DNA of 64,000 nucleotides from the human T2T-CHM13v2.0 reference genome, Homo sapiens: assembly GCF_009914755.1 (NCBI RefSeq), contig NC_060931.1; one strand, 5' to 3'. Position numbers and translations under genes: made by a program. The notes beneath the pieces are model-generated. The model saw only the letters and a program-made list of their open reading frames with translations, ran no database searches and was not told where the DNA came from. Numbering within the stretch: position 1 is the first letter of the stretch; each line of letters opens with the position of its first letter. Below, piece after piece: positions 1 to 15,026 of the stretch.

Positions 1-1056
1 AGTTTGCATGATCGTGGCTGGAGAGTTTCAAAGACAGAAGTTACACAGTGATCAAAACACATACCAATTAAGATTTAAATTGGATTTTAAATATTTTAAG
101 TAGTAATATAAAAACCATTGAGTTGTTTAGTCAAATAAGGAGATTTTAGCAGTCATCAAACCCCAGAAATATACCAATTCCAAAAATGCACAATCTGTGT
201 ATTTTTTCAAAGCACGAAAAATTTCAGGGCTATAATAAACAAAAATGCCCACAATTACCTCTAAGCCACTTGTCCGGTTTTGTCTGCCACTACTCTCTCC
301 ATTTATACTCTAGGCAACTACTTGATACTTTCTAATCATTTTCTAAACTTCCACTTTCCTGCTTATGAGATGTTGATTGTTTTAATATGGAATGATCTTC
401 CCCTGTATTTCCATACTTTAGGTCATAAATCAAACAACCTGTCATCCTTGAAACATCCCTCCACTCTGCTGAGCTAGAAGTAATTTTGCTCTTTTGTCCT
501 TTCCTAAAAGCATTTTGTTCAGATCTCCTAGCAAACCCTGTCTGAGAGACAAAATGGTGTACATATGTTATTGTGAGAGTTAAGAAAGAAGGGAAAATAA
601 AAATGCATATATATAATTTAAATTTGTACAATAAATAGAAGGATACAAAGCATAAAATGTGAGAGAAAATAAACATTCTCAATGTGTCTACCTTTGTCCA
701 CTTGATTTTTAGAACCAGGTGATGATCTGCTCAAAATATATTTGAATATATAAAAGACTACCTTGATTCATTGTTGATTGTTTATGAACATTCTCTCCCT
801 TTTTTTGTAAAGTTCCTCTAAAAAAGAGGCTATAGACTGTATATCTTTTTTATCTCACGTCTGACTTTGTATAGTTTATGCATTAAAAGCACTGCAAAAC
901 ACCATTACCCGACTCCTAATCCCTCCCATTAGGGTATATTCTAGAACAAAAGCTAATAAATGTCAATGCAAAGAACGCAAATCTTTATATTCTATAGAAA
1001 TAATGGTGTACTATAAACAGATTGATGATGAGACCAGTACTTCTTTTCTGACTTAA

Positions 1057-1403
<347 letters not shown>

Positions 1404-2457
1404 AGTATTTACTCATTCTTAAAGAGATAAATGTGTAACTAATTGACTTAGTATCTTGGAAAAAATACATATCTCATTCTTAGACTACAAAAGAAAGCAT
1501 CTTCAAGTCTAGGAAATTAAAACTAAAGGTTAGCCTGTGGACTATCAGGATAAGAATGTATTCCAGATCACCTTGAAGTTCCAGTACCCTAGTAGATTAG
1601 GGTATTGTACATTATATGGTACATTTCATTACAAATTTAATGTTTCCTTTTTCTTTGACTACAATGAAAGATGTCCTCTGCACCAACTAATCTCCTACTC
1701 TACCAGATTCCCAATGTCGTCATCACTACCTATCCCTTTTCTTGTTGTTGTTTTCCCTGAGGTCTGGGAATAATATACCTCTCTTTCCCCTTTGACCAGG
1801 GGAAATGCTAAGGATAGTCTAAATTAGAGCCTAAGCTAGTCTAATTGGCTGAGAGGGAGTTTGAGATTTGCAGACTTCTAAATTAGTCCTAGATTCCTAA
1901 TTAGCTCAACAGGGAACAAAATTGCATTCAGCCTTCCTTCCTTTTTCTGATCCTCCCTCAACTTGGCAAGGCAATCTGCAACCCAAGAGGTTCAGTAAAA
2001 ATAAATCACTATCATAGAGGTATTGTGCACCATAAATATTCCAAGACTACCATCAGAAACCTGCAAATTGGGAGTTTCATATACATGTTCTGAGTGCCTA
2101 AAGTTATGAACAATTTTCGCTACTAAAAAGGAGAAAATGCTACAATGATTACTCATGATAATTTAACCACTTTTATTTTTAGTTAAAAATATTATTTAAT
2201 TCCTAAGTACAAGTCTAATTTGCCAATCCAGAAATAGCACAAATGCTTGGATTTTCCTCCTTAGGATTAGTACAGAAACCAAAGATTAAAGGAATAATGG
2301 AGGAAAAGAAGGGAATCCCCCAAAGCATTAAATAATAGGTCTGCATATTATAGGTCATCATCCCCAGGCAATCAGACACTACATAAATGTTTCCATTGTT
2401 CCTTTCCTTTATTGCACATACAATGAAACTGTCCAGTACGATTAAGAGATGTCTTAC

Positions 2458-2499
2458 CATGGAAAATAAAAGCATTTTCCTTGAATACATCACTGAAGG
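2458..2499 (-). other. Candidate 42-nt internal exon of an unidentified gene
   Basis: Minus strand ttttttttaag|CCTTCAGTGATGTATTCAAGGAAAATGCTTTTATTTTCCATG|gtaaga. Open as xFSDVFKENAFIFHx (phase 1-1). Splice motifs only; no homology recognised. Confidence 0.35.
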
Positions 2500-3364
2500 C
2501 TTAAAAAAAAGCTGATTAAATGGCTCCTCTGTTTCATCACAAACTCTCTTTTACTAAAGATAAAGAAATCATGTAATAATTCAAACTACATTTTTAGGGA
2601 TTAAGTTTTATGCCAAAGTGATTACACATTCCAGCGTTAGCTCTCTAAGGATGCTGATTTTACATAATAGCTTCAAGTGGTTAAAATAAATAAGCGTTTT
2701 TTCCAAACTGAATAGGCTGTATTTGGTACTCAAAAGACATTTGTTTAACTAATGAATACATTTGTTCCTGTGAACTGCTGTTATTAAAACAGTCTCCAAA
2801 AGATGTTTTATATATTGACATTTTGGAGAAACAACTACTGATAAAATCCTGTTTTTTATATTCTCTGATAAGGTAGATTTTTTAAAAAATTGCCATTGGA
2901 GTTCATAGACAATGACTTGAAGTTTATTCACATTCCACAAATGATGTTGCATTCTTCAACAGAAAACAGAAGCTATCAAATAGAGCTTTCTCAAATTCTT
3001 GTAGCCCCAAATATACATCCCCATACTTCATATTTTTACTGTTTTATCTCTACTTTCCATGGTAACGGGGTCTTCAGTTGATGATTCCTCTCCTGTACTG
3101 AAGACCCAATATCATATTCCTTCATAATATACATGGATGCATGTCAAATGCCTTCTTTCTTTCTTGAACCTAGCACTTCTCACTTTCTACCTTTAAACAG
3201 GCCTAAGATTCTCTCAACCTCCCCTTTCATCCTGCTTCTAGCTAGCATTCCTCTTCTCCTCTTGAAAGCCAAGCTTCTAAAAAGCATATTCTATAGTTAA
3301 ATTCTCCTATTTTCTGGCTTCCCATTGAACCTCAGGGCACACTAGAAATCTATTTTCCATCATT

Positions 3365-3556
3365 CCTTCCCGCTCAGCCCCCAAGTAGCTGGGATTACAG
3401 GCATGCACCACCATGCCTGGCTAATTTGTGTACTTTCTGTAGAGACATGGTTTCAACCTATTGTCCAGGCTGGTCTCAAACTCCTGGGCTCAGGCAATTC
3501 ATCCACTTAGCTTCCTAAAGTAATGGGATTATATGCATGAGCCACTGTGCCCAGCC
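3365..3556 (-). mobile_element. Old Alu (AluJ-like) fragment lacking the 3' part of the right arm
   Basis: gtagctgggattacaggcatgcaccacc...tggtctcaaactcctgggctcagg...gagccactgtgcccagcc. Confidence 0.85.
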
Positions 3557-3863
3557 TGAAAAAAATTTATTTATTAGAACATTCATCTCACAGCACTGGT
3601 TATCCTAAAAAAAAAACTGAGAAACAAATTAAATGTCCAACAGTAGAGAAAGATGTTTATCAATACTAATAAATGCTAAACAGCTATTTAAAAAAATGCA
3701 AATAATTATATGTATTTATATTTACAATACATTTTCATGTTGAAAGTGGATAATATTTTTCTTTAAAATTTATTAAAATTTCAAATGCTGAAAAGATAAA
3801 ATATGATAAAACAAGGATAGTCTCCAAGTTATAGTTACATTTTGTTAATATATGACTTGGAGA

Positions 3864-3866
<3 letters not shown>

Positions 3867-3941
<75 letters not shown>

Positions 3942-3952
3942 GGAGAGAGAGA
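3867..3952. repeat. Compound (CA)n(GA)n microsatellite
   Basis: Directly visible CA run followed by an interrupted GA run. Confidence 0.98.
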
Positions 3953-4629
3953 CAGTATATCCTTTTACACATATGAATAGCCACTGCTCCATTAGCATTC
4001 ACCACCAAAGCCATTTTCTGACAATCCTCAAACATACACAGACACATTCACAGTGAAACAGTTCCATTTCAATTGCAATATGCTGTTTACAAAAATAACA
4101 AAAAAGAAAAGGAGCATATTCTGAAAACTAATAACAAAATATTTTCCCAACATGACTAAATTATATCACTTTATTATATACTTTAAATACTACCAGTGAA
4201 AGATTTAATTATTCATTTTTTCATTGAATAAAAAATTTCCATATACACCAAACCATACTAGACAATGGAAATAAGTCAATTCAAAATTGAGTTTGTGGTA
4301 GAGGCAGAGATCCAAATGACAACTCAAAAGGCTCTCTGATAGAAGAGTGCATAAAGTACACAGAGGATGAATGCCTATATTAGTCAGAGAATGTATTGAG
4401 GGAAGAGGAAGATCAAACAAAGCCTCTTAGAGAAACTGAAGTAAGTGAAGTCTTAAAAAGAAGAGAGGAATTAGTCAAGCAAGCAGAATAACAGAATGCT
4501 TCGAACAGAAGAAACTATAAGCATGAATGTAGCTGATGTAAGATGTAGACAAGAAAATCATTAGCTGTTGTGGTGTAAGACGAGTTTAAACATGTCATAA
4601 AGAAGTGTCACAAAATCTGTGATCCAGCA

Positions 4630-4631
<2 letters not shown>

Positions 4632-4665
<34 letters not shown>
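4632..4665. repeat. (AT)n microsatellite
   Basis: Perfect AT run of about 34 nt. Confidence 0.98.
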
Positions 4666-4667
<2 letters not shown>

Positions 4668-6979
4668 TCATCTTCAATTCTAGTCTAAAAATAATTATTT
4701 TCTTTCTTTCTGAGCATTAAATTAATGAAATTCCTCTTGCCATTAATATATAGCATACAAGAGGATCATATAGAACATGCTGGAAACAGAGACTGATCAC
4801 AGAGAGCCCATGGAGAGGTGGAAAGCTATAACAAATAAGTATTTTAGAATAGGTTATCTAGACCAGAGATGGCAAGGACTTTCAAATTAATTGCCAATTT
4901 CTATTCATTGGGAATATCTGAGTAAAGAAAAATTCCCATTCCCATCTAGACCATTCCTAAGGGCAAGTGGTGACTTATGAGTCTTTTGTTCCACCTTTCA
5001 AAAGAAATTTCTACCTGCTCCTCAACCAAGTTCAGTGGTAATGAGTGATGCCCACAATTAATGACACTTGCTATAAACACTGAACTTGAGAGTGGTGACA
5101 CACAAGACACATATTGTCCCATGGCTATTTTTGGGCTAGAACATAGGCTGTATTTGGAAGAATGACAGGAAATGGTGCTGAATGGGCATGTAGATGCCAT
5201 CATAAAGTTGTTCTGCTATTCTCAGAATTCTTGACTTGAGCCAAGTGCAGAGTCATTAAAGAGCTTAAAGTGAGGAGGCAATCTGATAATCCTTGTTTCT
5301 ACAACGCCAATCACTGCAATGTAAGAAAACGTCCTATTTTACTCTCTGATTTCTTTGTAAGACTCTAAGTTCTTTCTTTGATAAAAAGGGAGGATACATA
5401 AATCGGTATGCTAAGTGGAAAACACAGTTTAACAAATGAGTATGGATAACCTTCCTTTCCAATATTTAAAGACACCAAAGAACCTACAATACTATGTAGG
5501 GTTGGCCAGGAAAATAGGATGAGCATTAGGTGCCATGGATACCAAGAAGGTAGAGTTGTTTTCATATTTTTTCAAGAAATAGTATTCATGTGTGTGAAAT
5601 TTTTTGAAACAATCATGTTAAGAGCTGAATAATGGCTGCTGAATTTAACAATTGGAAGGTATATCTGACTTTAAGGATAGAATATTAGTGATGTATGGGT
5701 GGAATTCAAACTGCAGTGGGTTTAGGAGTGAAGAAGTAGCTGACAGAATATAGCCTGTTCTTGTGTGTAAGTGTGGAAAGAGGGAGAAGAGTAACTATGG
5801 AAACATAAAAAGTTGAGGATAAGATTATTAGAATAAAAATCTCCCAAAGATTAAAATACCTATAGATAGATGAAAAATATTTTGTTATTTAGAGTGTATG
5901 ACACTTTAATTTGTCATTGTTTTCCTGCTATCCCATATCTCTTGTTTTGAGGAAATGATGATTTTAATCAGGGCAGAAGGATATTTAAAAAGGTAATTCT
6001 GAAGTATGACACCCTTTTCCATAAAAAGTCATTCTCACCTGAATGGAGTATGGAATAGACTTTATTAGAGCAAGTCTTGGGTTAATATGAAGGCTGTGGA
6101 TAATCAGAAACAGAGTTACAAGGATGTGATGGGGGGGAAATAAAAGGGGTGGTGGGATTTGAAAGATGAGGTACATCTATTTCCCCAAATTTTCTAGATC
6201 CATAGTCATGTCTGGGAGATGGGTAGGAAACTATCTTCTCTCAAAATACTTTCCCCAGATGTGAAATTGGGAAAGAATTATGACTTAATATCATAGGTTC
6301 AATGGTTTCTAAAATTTAGCTTGAGAACTTTAGGTTTATACCATTTCTCTTAGGAAAAATGTCTAAAGAAAGGTTTTAAATCTTTACTTAGAAACTATTG
6401 TTTGATAAACAGTCTTTTCACAAGATTGCACCGGTCAGTATTTATTCCCAGCTAGTAGACAAGTGATTACATTCCACTTGTGAATTTATCCTTAATCTTT
6501 TAGTAAGTGTAGTTGAAGCCTTCAACAATTTAATATAATTGTGCTGTTATCACATTTTGTAAAATGATTAGCTAAAACCCAAATTTCATATTGTTGGCTG
6601 ACCCAAGCTCCCCTAGTTGATCCCTATAAATGAAGTCTGTGAAATCCGCTGCAATTAATTTTTCTTAATGATAAAATTGGTTATCAAAAAAGTATTTATT
6701 TATATTCCCACTACTGTACAAAGAATCCTAATACACTCAAGACTAGACAATTAGTCTTCCTTGTTAAGAAAATCAGATTCATATACATGAAAAATTAAGG
6801 CACAACAGTAAAGTAGCAAAACGTGTGTAATTACTAAGATGAATAATCTGTTTATTTTGTACTAGGTAGAACCAGAGTCTGATAGCATTCAAGCATTATT
6901 CTCAATATCTGATGCTTTGATAATGTGTTACAGTAAGGAGAAGTCTCAGAAGGAATTGAGCCTAAATGGAAATTGAAGT

Positions 6980-7021
6980 ACACACACACACACTAAACAC
7001 ACACACACACACACACACACA
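6980..7021. repeat. Interrupted (CA)n microsatellite
   Basis: acacacacacacactaaacacacac... Confidence 0.95.
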
Positions 7022-7107
7022 CTCTGGTTTATATCACTAAATTAATTTGCAGATATAAATATGAAACTGAAGAAATCTGGAGATGACCACTGGAAAATAT
7101 TCAACCA

Positions 7108-7416
<309 letters not shown>

Positions 7417-8717
7417 TTAGCAGGAAAAAAATTATTTCTGAACCAACAAAGTTTGCTTATACATATACAAAATACATATATATTTTTATACAGGCCTGTT
7501 TTGCTTAAATATATTAATATAATATTTGATAGCACAACTAGAATATTAAATACTTTAGCCCAGCTCAAAATGCTGCCTCTTTCTTTGGGACAGCCTTTCA
7601 CTGGTCCCATTAGCTATACCTTTACTTCATGGCCCTGTTTCTTTGTCCATAGCTCACAAATTAAGGAGTATACACATGACCAATATGAGCCAATTAGATA
7701 CCCTCCTAGAGATTTGGAATTTTGAACTTAAATCAGAGACTGAGGGGTCTATAACAATCAGGTACCAACCAGGAAAGTAAAAACTGTCCTGGGAAATTAA
7801 AACAAGATAACTTAATGCAGAACATTTGTTCCATCTGTGATGAAAGAGCTAAGAAGCCAAAGAGGGGAGAGTAAGTCAATGAAGAAAGGGAGCAACTACA
7901 TTCCTAGACTTGAGAACAAAAGAGGGGGTGGTATTACCAGCACCACTGGAAACAAAACTGTCAGAAGTCTCTGTCCTTGTGAAGTTAATGTTCTAAGAAA
8001 GCAAGATAGATAACCATTATAAAGCCTATTAGTAGGGTGACTTTTTGGTCTCTACTAAGCATTTAGATTCAATGGACTGCCCAGTCTACGCAGAAGGATC
8101 TAGGACAGGAACCAGAGCTTACTAGAAGGCTAGTGTTAGACATTCCTCCCAGTTGAGTCCTTGCAGCAGCCATGTAGAAGATAACAGAAGTAGCAAAGTG
8201 AGGCACGGGGGGCAAGTGCAAGAACTAATGGACAACACAGCTTTGCCTTACAACTTCATGCCCCACAGGAATTAATGTTGCCTTTAATAATTCCATAGGC
8301 ATAACTTTCAGTGTTCCTTGCAAGAGGCATGCTAGTTATAAGACTCCTGACATTCAGATAAGCCCAAAATATAATATGTTTACCAGGTTATCTGTAGTTC
8401 ATTCATAGTTTGCTCCCATTCTGATGTAATTTACTAATCAAGGGTCATTATTAGCATAGGCGATTGTGCTTCATAACACAGTTGACACCATCTTTAGGTC
8501 TTTTCATGGAAACAGAGCCAGAAGTTTAACTGAAGATCTGATTCCCATGCAGTGAGGAAAGGGGGTTTGTTAACTCATTTACCTACAATAATCACAATAA
8601 CAAACATAAATTATATAGTATGTAAGAAGTTGGTAAGTATTATGGAGAAAAGGAACTAGAGAAGGATCAGAAGGGTTAGTAGTGGTGGTGCTTACAATCT
8701 TAAACAGGGTGGTCAAG

Positions 8718-9110
8718 TGTGATGGGAAAATTCTAAGATCGGCTCCATGAGCCCTGCCTTCTAGTACTCATGCCCTGTGATATTCCTTCCCTTTGAGTGT
8801 GGGTGGAGCCCATGACTTGTTTATAACAAATGGAATATGGCAAAGGCTGCAGGATGTCAATTCTGTAATTACATTACATATGACTGTACTGCCTTTCCCT
8901 TTCTGGCTTTGAGGAAAGTGGCTATTTAGAAAATGCCTATGTGGAAAGCAGCTGAGGGCAAACTCCAGCCAAGCAACAGAGGCTCTCACTCTAATCCTAT
9001 GAAGAACTGAATGACACTGAACACCACGTGAGCTAGGAAATAGATCCATCCCCAGTCAAGCCTCAGATACGACCACAGCTCTGGATGCTCGATTGTAGGC
9101 TTACAGAGGA
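8718..9110 (+). mobile_element. MLT1 (ERVL-MaLR) solo LTR fragment
   Basis: tgtgatgggaaaattctaagat...ccctttgagtgtgggtggagcccatgacttg...ggaatatggcaaagg...ccagtcaagcctcagat resembles MLT1F/G/H LTRs. Boundaries approximate. Confidence 0.75.
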
Positions 9111-9159
9111 CAAGGCAAAGCTATGGTGATAACTGTCAGAAGCTCAGTTAAGAACTTGT

Positions 9160-9995
9160 GATTCTTGAAATGCCTGTTAGATTTCCAGCTGGAACTGTTG
9201 CATGGACTGAGCTGTGTAACACTCCACACTTAAGCCATTTTAAGAAAAGAAAGAATCAGTAACAGATACTGAAAAAGGGTGGGCGGGGGCAGTAAGTTGA
9301 AAGAAAAGACAAGAGATCATGACATACAGAGAGTTAAGTGAAGAGAATGTGTCCAGAAAGAGGATGTGATCCACTATGTCAAATGCTGGTAAAAGATAAA
9401 ATAAATTGAGAACCCCTAGATTCAGTAGAAGTCATTGATACACTACACAAGAACAGATTCAAAAGAGTAGTGAAATTAAATTTGATAAATGGGCAGCAGC
9501 TCATGGGATGAAGAACAAAGATTCATTTGCTATTGTAGATATTAATTTGCTATTGTTTTGAGATGAAAGAAATAACGGCATAGAAAAATTGACAACATGA
9601 AATAGAGACAAAATTTCTGGAGTGCTATTTTTGTGTAGATGAGAAAGGATTGGGCTTTTTCAAAAGCAAAGGCCTGGGTAGGAACAAAAAAAGTGTGCAT
9701 TTCAGAACTTAAGAGGTAGCTATTTATGGAGATGCTAATGTTGGTACATGTGAATTTACCAAAGTTCTTTCTTTTATTACTTTGACTTTCCCAACTAAAC
9801 AGGGAGTAAGACTATCAGCTAAAAATGAAGATGAAGGGAGGCTATTAGTCATTCAAGTAGAAAGTGGATATAAAATAATTATCTGGAGAAGGGAATGGAT
9901 GGGAAGAAGAGAATGATTTCTGAGCAAGGTGCAGGGCCAGCTTGCATTTCCTAATAATGAATTTGAAGTGAGATGAGTCAGGATGGTATTACATC
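9160..9995 (-). mobile_element. L2 LINE relic, continuing at ~12220-12687
   Basis: gatccactatgtcaaatgctgg...gtcattgatac and gaagtgagatgagtcaggatgg resemble antisense L2. Heavily diverged. Confidence 0.6.
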
Positions 9996-11071
9996 TTTTT
10001 TTAAAATGGACACATAATGATTATACATATTTAGGGACTACAATGTGTTGTTTCCATATGTCTACATGGTATAAAGATCAAGTCATAATAATTAGTATAT
10101 CCATCACCAGAAACGTTTATTATTTCTTTGTTGTGACAATACTGAAAATTCTCTCTTCTAGCTATTTGAAATATACAATCCGTTATTGTTAGCTATAGTC
10201 ACCCTACTGTGCAATAGAGTACCAGAACTTATTCCTCCTATGTAACTGTAACACCGTAGTCATTGACAAGCCTCTTCCCATCTCCTTCTCTCGTCTATTC
10301 TCCCAATTCTCTGGTAACCATTATTCTGTTTTCAATTTTTATGAGATCAATATTTTCAACTCCATGTAAGAGTAAGATTGTGTAGTATTTTTTTTTTCCT
10401 GTGCCTGGATTGTTTCACTTAACATAATGTCCTCTAGGCTTATCATCCATGTAGTCACAAAATGACAGGCAAATATGATAGAATTTTATCATTTTTATAA
10501 CTGTATAGTATTCCATTGTGGATATGTGTAATATCCATATTTTCTTTTTATTCTTTCTTTTTTCCATTCATCCATTGATGGGCATTTAGACTGATTACAT
10601 ATATTGGTTATCTTAATAGTGCTACAATTTTCGTGAGAGTGCAGATGTCTCTCTAACATATTGGTTTTATTTCTTTTCAATATTTACACAGTAGTGGGAT
10701 TTCTGGATCATATGTTAGCTCTGTTTTTAACTTTTTGAGGAACTTCTATACATTTTTTCATAATGGCTGTGCTAACTTACATTACCACTAACAGAGTATC
10801 AGAGTTCCCCTTTCTCTACATCCTCGCCAGCATCATTACTTTTTTTGTTATTTGATAATAGCCCTTCTAACTGAGGTGAGGTGATATCTGATTGTGGTTT
10901 TGACTTGCATATCCTTGATGGTTAGTAATGTTCAGTATTTTTTCATACACCTATTGGTCATTTCTTTATAGAAATGTTTGTTGAGGTCTTTTGACCATTT
11001 AAAATCAGATTAATTGTTATTTTGCAATTGAGATGCTTGAGTTCCTTATAAAATCTGGATGTTATCCCCTT
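9996..11071 (-). mobile_element. L1MA-type 3' end (3'UTR plus end of ORF2)
   Basis: T tail, then ...ctctcttctagctatttgaaatatacaat...gtcaccctactgtgcaatag, a typical antisense L1MA 3' end. Minus-strand ORF 10495-10680 is L1 ORF2-like. Confidence 0.88.
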
Positions 11072-11072
11072 T

Positions 11073-12215
11073 AAAGAAATAATAAAAATCAGAGCAAAAA
11101 TAACCAAAATACGAAAGATCAATGAGACAAAGGGTTGTCATTTTAAAAGATAAAGAAAATAGACAAACCTTTAACCAGCCTGAAAAAAAAAGAAGACTCA
11201 AACAAAATCAGAGATGAAAAAGGGGACATTACAACTGATACCACAAAAATACAAAGAATCATAAGAAACTACTATAAACAATTTATAACAACAAATTAGA
11301 AAACATAGAAGAAATGGATAAACTCCTCGACACCTACCATAATTGAATCAAGAAGAAATAGAAAATTTAAACAGACTAATAATGAATAAAAATATTGAAG
11401 CAGTAATAAAAAGTGTCAATCAAAGAAAAGCCCATCACATATACACCATGGAATACTATGCAGCCATAAAAAAAGATGAGTTCATGTCCTTCGCAGGGAC
11501 ATGGATGAAGCTGGAAACCATCATTCTCAGCAAACTATCACAAGAACAGAAAACCAAACACTGCATGTTCCCACTCATAAGTGGAAGCTGACCAGTGTGA
11601 ACATATGGACATAGGGAGGGGAACATCACACATTGGAGCCTGTCCGGGGAGGGGAGGGAGGTTAGGGAAGGGATAACATTAGGAGAAATACCTCATATAG
11701 GTGAAAGGTTGATGGGTGCAGCAAACCACCATGCACGTGTATACCTAAGTAACAAAACTGCACGTTCTGCACATGTACCCCAGAACTTAAAGCACAATAA
11801 AAAAAGTTTTTAAAGAAACTGATATTTTCGCTGCCGAATTGTACAAAACATTTAAAGAAAGACTAATACCAGTTCTTTACAAACTATTTCAAAAAAACTG
11901 AAAAGGATTGCATTCTTCCGAATTCCCTCTACAAGGCCAGCATTGCCTGTCTCCAAAGCCATGTAAGAATACAAAAAAAAAAAAAAAAGAAAGAAAGAAA
12001 AAGAAAACTACAGGCCAATATCCGTGATGAACACAGATGCCGGAATTCTTAACAAAATATTAGCAATCAGAATTCAATAGCACATTAAAAAGATCTTCAT
12101 AATGATCAAATTTTATTCATCCCAGAGACGCATAAATGGTTAAATATATGCAAATTAATAAAAGTTATACATTGCATTAACAGAATAAAAGATAAAGGCC
12201 ATATCATTTCTGTGG
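11073..12215 (+). mobile_element. L1 ORF2 segment in the opposite orientation (probable 5'-inverted part of the L1MA), interrupted by an L1PA
   Basis: aaagaaataataaaaatcagagca...gaatcaagaagaaatagaaaat (NQEEIENLNR)...actacaggccaatatccgtgatgaac. Confidence 0.85.
11436..11805 (+). mobile_element. L1PA 3' end (~370 bp, 5'-truncated) nested in older L1
   Basis: [42 protein letters not shown], then a G-rich 3'UTR and aataaaaaaa. Confidence 0.92.
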
Positions 12216-12219
12216 AGGC

Positions 12220-12687
12220 TTTTTTCTGTTCAAATTTAGGTAGGTAGGTACAGAAAAGGAATAGGTGAATGTTTGAAATTGGCCAGGTTGTGGTTTTGTA
12301 AAGCACCATGATGAAATAAAGACAGCAAGACGGTTGAAAATATACACAAAGTGTTTTTAATGACTGATCATGGGATTCAATCTGAATAAGAGAGAAGAAC
12401 AGATATCAGGGAGGTGAAGATAATGAAAAGAAAAACACTCCATCAATTCAATGCCGTGGTATAGTGAAAAGATTATTACAGCTAAAATACTTGAGGTGGT
12501 AAACCCATAAAATAGGAGGTGCTGACCAATGAGGGGGATGTATGAAAATCAGAATTTGGAGGTGGCAGCAGTTATTGGTAATGACAGAATCTTTGATATA
12601 TCCAAGGAAACGAGAGTGTTCAGGTAGGAAAAAGGACTGAATCACTGGAGGTGAGCAGCCAGAGTTTTGTAAAGAACATCTCCATGT
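12220..12687 (-). mobile_element. L2 relic (continuation of 9160-9995)
   Basis: ttggccaggttgtggttttg...gcagttattggtaatgacag resembles the next part of antisense L2. Confidence 0.55.
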
Positions 12688-12688
12688 A

Positions 12689-13285
<597 letters not shown>

Positions 13286-13453
13286 AACAATTCTAAGATG
13301 GCATGGGAAAATCATAAACTGTTTAACTGCCTTGTATCCAAGAAATTCCTACAGAGATACCAGAGAAAATAAATAAATAAATAGGTAGGCATTCCATGGT
13401 GTTCTTCTTGTAAGCCTCTAAACAAAGAGGTGCATTTCTTTTATAAGTCTTAC

Positions 13454-13479
13454 ATTTGTATTTCCATGATTCTATACTT
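13454..13479 (-). other. Candidate 26-nt micro-exon
   Basis: Minus strand tttatcattctttcattttag|AAGTATAGAATCATGGAAATACAAAT|gtaaga. Strong acceptor and donor. Confidence 0.35.
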
Positions 13480-14842
13480 CTAAAATGAAAGAATGATAAA
13501 AGCAACTGTGGTTATTTTTGGCATATGTTTTTGTATGCTGCGGTTTTAGTATAAATTTTACTTTAAAAAAAGTTTCAAGCAACATGGATAATAATTCACG
13601 AACTCTAAAGGGGTGAAAAATGCTTCAAATGCATTATTTACATAAACCATATAAACAAATATGGAATAAGTGGCTAAGAAAGATAACTATATACAACATA
13701 GGAAGACTATCTCAGGTATATTTTTAATATACTCCAAATAATAAGGTATGAACTTGATACCTACTATGGACATATTAATATTATAATGATTTAATGCTGT
13801 TTTAATGTAGAATAAAATTTTGGATTACTTTATTGAAATATTAATTCACCTATATTCTTATAAGAATGAGATATTTATTATTGATATTGCATTGACATTT
13901 GGGCCATAGTAAAGAAGCAAATTTAAGTGAGTATCAACTTTCCTAATTGTAAATATAAAAAAAGATAAACTTCTACATAAGTGAGGAGATTCTTTTGCAA
14001 TTTTTCCCCTCTGATGATTAGAAATACAATTGCCTTGGGGCAAATAAATTCTCACAAAAAATCCAGTGTAACAAGAATAATTGAGCTAAAAGATGTTACA
14101 TATTACTTATCAACATAATTCAGCTGAAACACTATCTGTTTAGGAAGTTACAGTAATAAGAAAGATAATTAAAAACCTGGGTGGGAGACAGGCAAGGAAG
14201 GATTTAATAGCTACTCTATCTAAATGAAATCATATGTTTTCATACCACTTTTTAAAACTTCTGTGTGCAACTGTTGTGGGCAGTGGAGATTACCCACCCG
14301 TTTAATAGTTTATGCTAAAACATAAAGCTGCTTCTTAGAGCCACACCCAATCACATATCCCAAACAGATTGATTTTATGGAGTCTTTTCTTTGTAGTTAA
14401 CCAAAACCGCATTTTCAATGATCTATTTAGCATAGTATGAAAACTCAGAATAATAAACTAAAAACACATGATTCTCCATTCTTCATTAGAGCGATAACAT
14501 TCTCAACCGGATTGCCATCTTATAACAACACTATCCGTATAAATTCCTAGTATTAATGTACTATTTTAGGTTATAATTTCATAACAGCTAAGCTATCATC
14601 TTTAGTTATGAGCCAATATCTTAATACTTTTTTATGGCTTTCAATTTCAAAGCACACAATCTGAAATAAATTTTGAAGTGGAAATAGTTTATGTGGGACC
14701 AAAGATAATTGTTTTTTAATTATAGGCTTGGTATACTTTTCTTTTTTTGGGGGGGGTGGTATGTTCTTTCCTTCTTTTTCCTTTAGTTTTTAGATAACCA
14801 AATTACCTGTTGATTCACTGTCTGTATTTAAAAATACTGATT

Positions 14843-15026
14843 CGTGGTGGCAGGCGCCTGTAGTCCCAGCTACTCGGGAGGCTGAGGCAGGAGAATCACT
14901 TTAATCCGGGAGGCGGAGCTTGCAGTGAGCCGAGAATGCACCACTGCACTCCAATCCAGCCTGGCAACAGAGCAAGACTCTTTCTCAAAAAAAAATAAAA
15001 AATAAAATAAAAAAAGAAAAAGAAAA
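14843..15026 (+). mobile_element. Alu right arm only (AluY/Sc-like) with A-rich tail
   Basis: cgtggtggcaggcgcctgtagtcccagctactcgggag...ggcggagcttgcagtgagccgaga followed by the tail. Confidence 0.93.

Noticed and set aside
2215-2952. Minus-strand ORFs of 92 and 67 aa
   Set aside because: No recognisable homology. The 92-aa ORF runs through the candidate splice donor into presumed intron.
6866-6932. Plus-strand AG...GTAAG open segment (VEPESDSIQALFSISDALIMCY)
   Set aside because: Isolated, with no partner exon or homology. Within chance expectation.
11646-11672. G-quadruplex-like run of five G tracts
   Set aside because: Standard G-rich tract of the L1PA 3'UTR, not locus-specific.
14797-14811. 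15-nt minus-strand micro-exon candidate (acag|ACAGTGAATCAACAG|gtaatt)
   Set aside because: Poor polypyrimidine tract, and it would place a TGA in the frame of the proposed exon chain.
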